Positions 63,570 to 64,000 of a stretch of DNA of 64,000 nucleotides are shown here, piece after piece (position 1 is the first letter of the stretch; every line of letters begins with the position of its first letter). The stretch spans positions 41,084,788 to 41,148,787 of the forward strand of contig CM120640.1 of NCBI GenBank assembly GCA_051362555.1. The letters run 5' to 3'. This stretch comes from Lingula anatina. Its lineage: Eukaryota; Animalia; Brachiopoda. Made by a program: the position numbers and the translations under genes. Below the pieces are notes generated by a model, which saw nothing but the letters and a program-made list of their open reading frames with translations, was not told where the DNA came from and did not search any database.

Positions 63570-64000
63570 CTTAGATGATAAAAACAGGTAACATTATTTA
63601 TTTCCAGAAACCTAGTTATGAATACTTCTTATTTTAACTTTTTTGGTCAGTTTGATCAAGTTGTATGATGAATGTACATCTATATAAATCCTTACTACTC
63701 AAGGCTAAACACAGTATAGGATACATATAGATGCAGCCGAATATGGTTTTCATATTGTTTGAAGCATTCAAGTTTCATTTGTAGGTACTCTTTTTTTCTT
63801 TAATGGCTTACAAAGTGGTGTTGAAAAAGCTGTCAGTGAGCATTTCCTGGTCTCCTTTTTCTCTAGCAGCCTTTTTGCTTTCTAGCATTCCCTAAATTGA
63901 CAAAACAAAACATGACTTATGCATTCTGGATTAAAAGTTTGTGATAAGGATTTGATGGTGTATTGCTAAATGTTATGTATGCTGCCTAGGTTAAATGTTT

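Noticed and set aside
1-64000. tRNA, rRNA, autonomous transposase or reverse transcriptase genes, U12 introns
   Set aside because: None recognised by eye; all mapped introns have U2-type GT-AG ends. tRNAscan-SE, Infernal and RepeatMasker would be needed to exclude them formally.

Overview
AT-rich eukaryotic (invertebrate animal, probably lophotrochozoan) genomic DNA with spliceosomal introns; almost all ORFs in the supplied track are spurious. Three spliced genes could be rebuilt by hand with GT-AG junctions and continuous reading frame: DGCR6/gonadal (minus, 4 coding exons, 189 aa), AMBRA1 (plus, 14 coding exons, 1299 aa, split WD40 around a 2.1-kb disordered exon) and CSTPP1/C11orf49 (minus, ~357-358 aa). 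DGCR6 and AMBRA1 are head-to-head around twin ETS sites; AMBRA1 and CSTPP1 are tail-to-tail. A 3.3-kb Helentron-type non-autonomous element with a ~146-bp satellite (perfect DR1 motif in each monomer) fills the last DGCR6 intron, and several MITE families with clear TSDs are present. The best candidate novelties are a duplicated, probably mutually exclusive exon pair in CSTPP1 with an adjacent TGCATG cluster, the DR1-bearing satellite, and AMBRA1-CSTPP1 linkage shared with human 11p11.2. The 50-64 kb region has no recognisable coding exon and looks like a long intron of a plus-strand gene. Homology calls rest on recalled human sequences, not on database searches.
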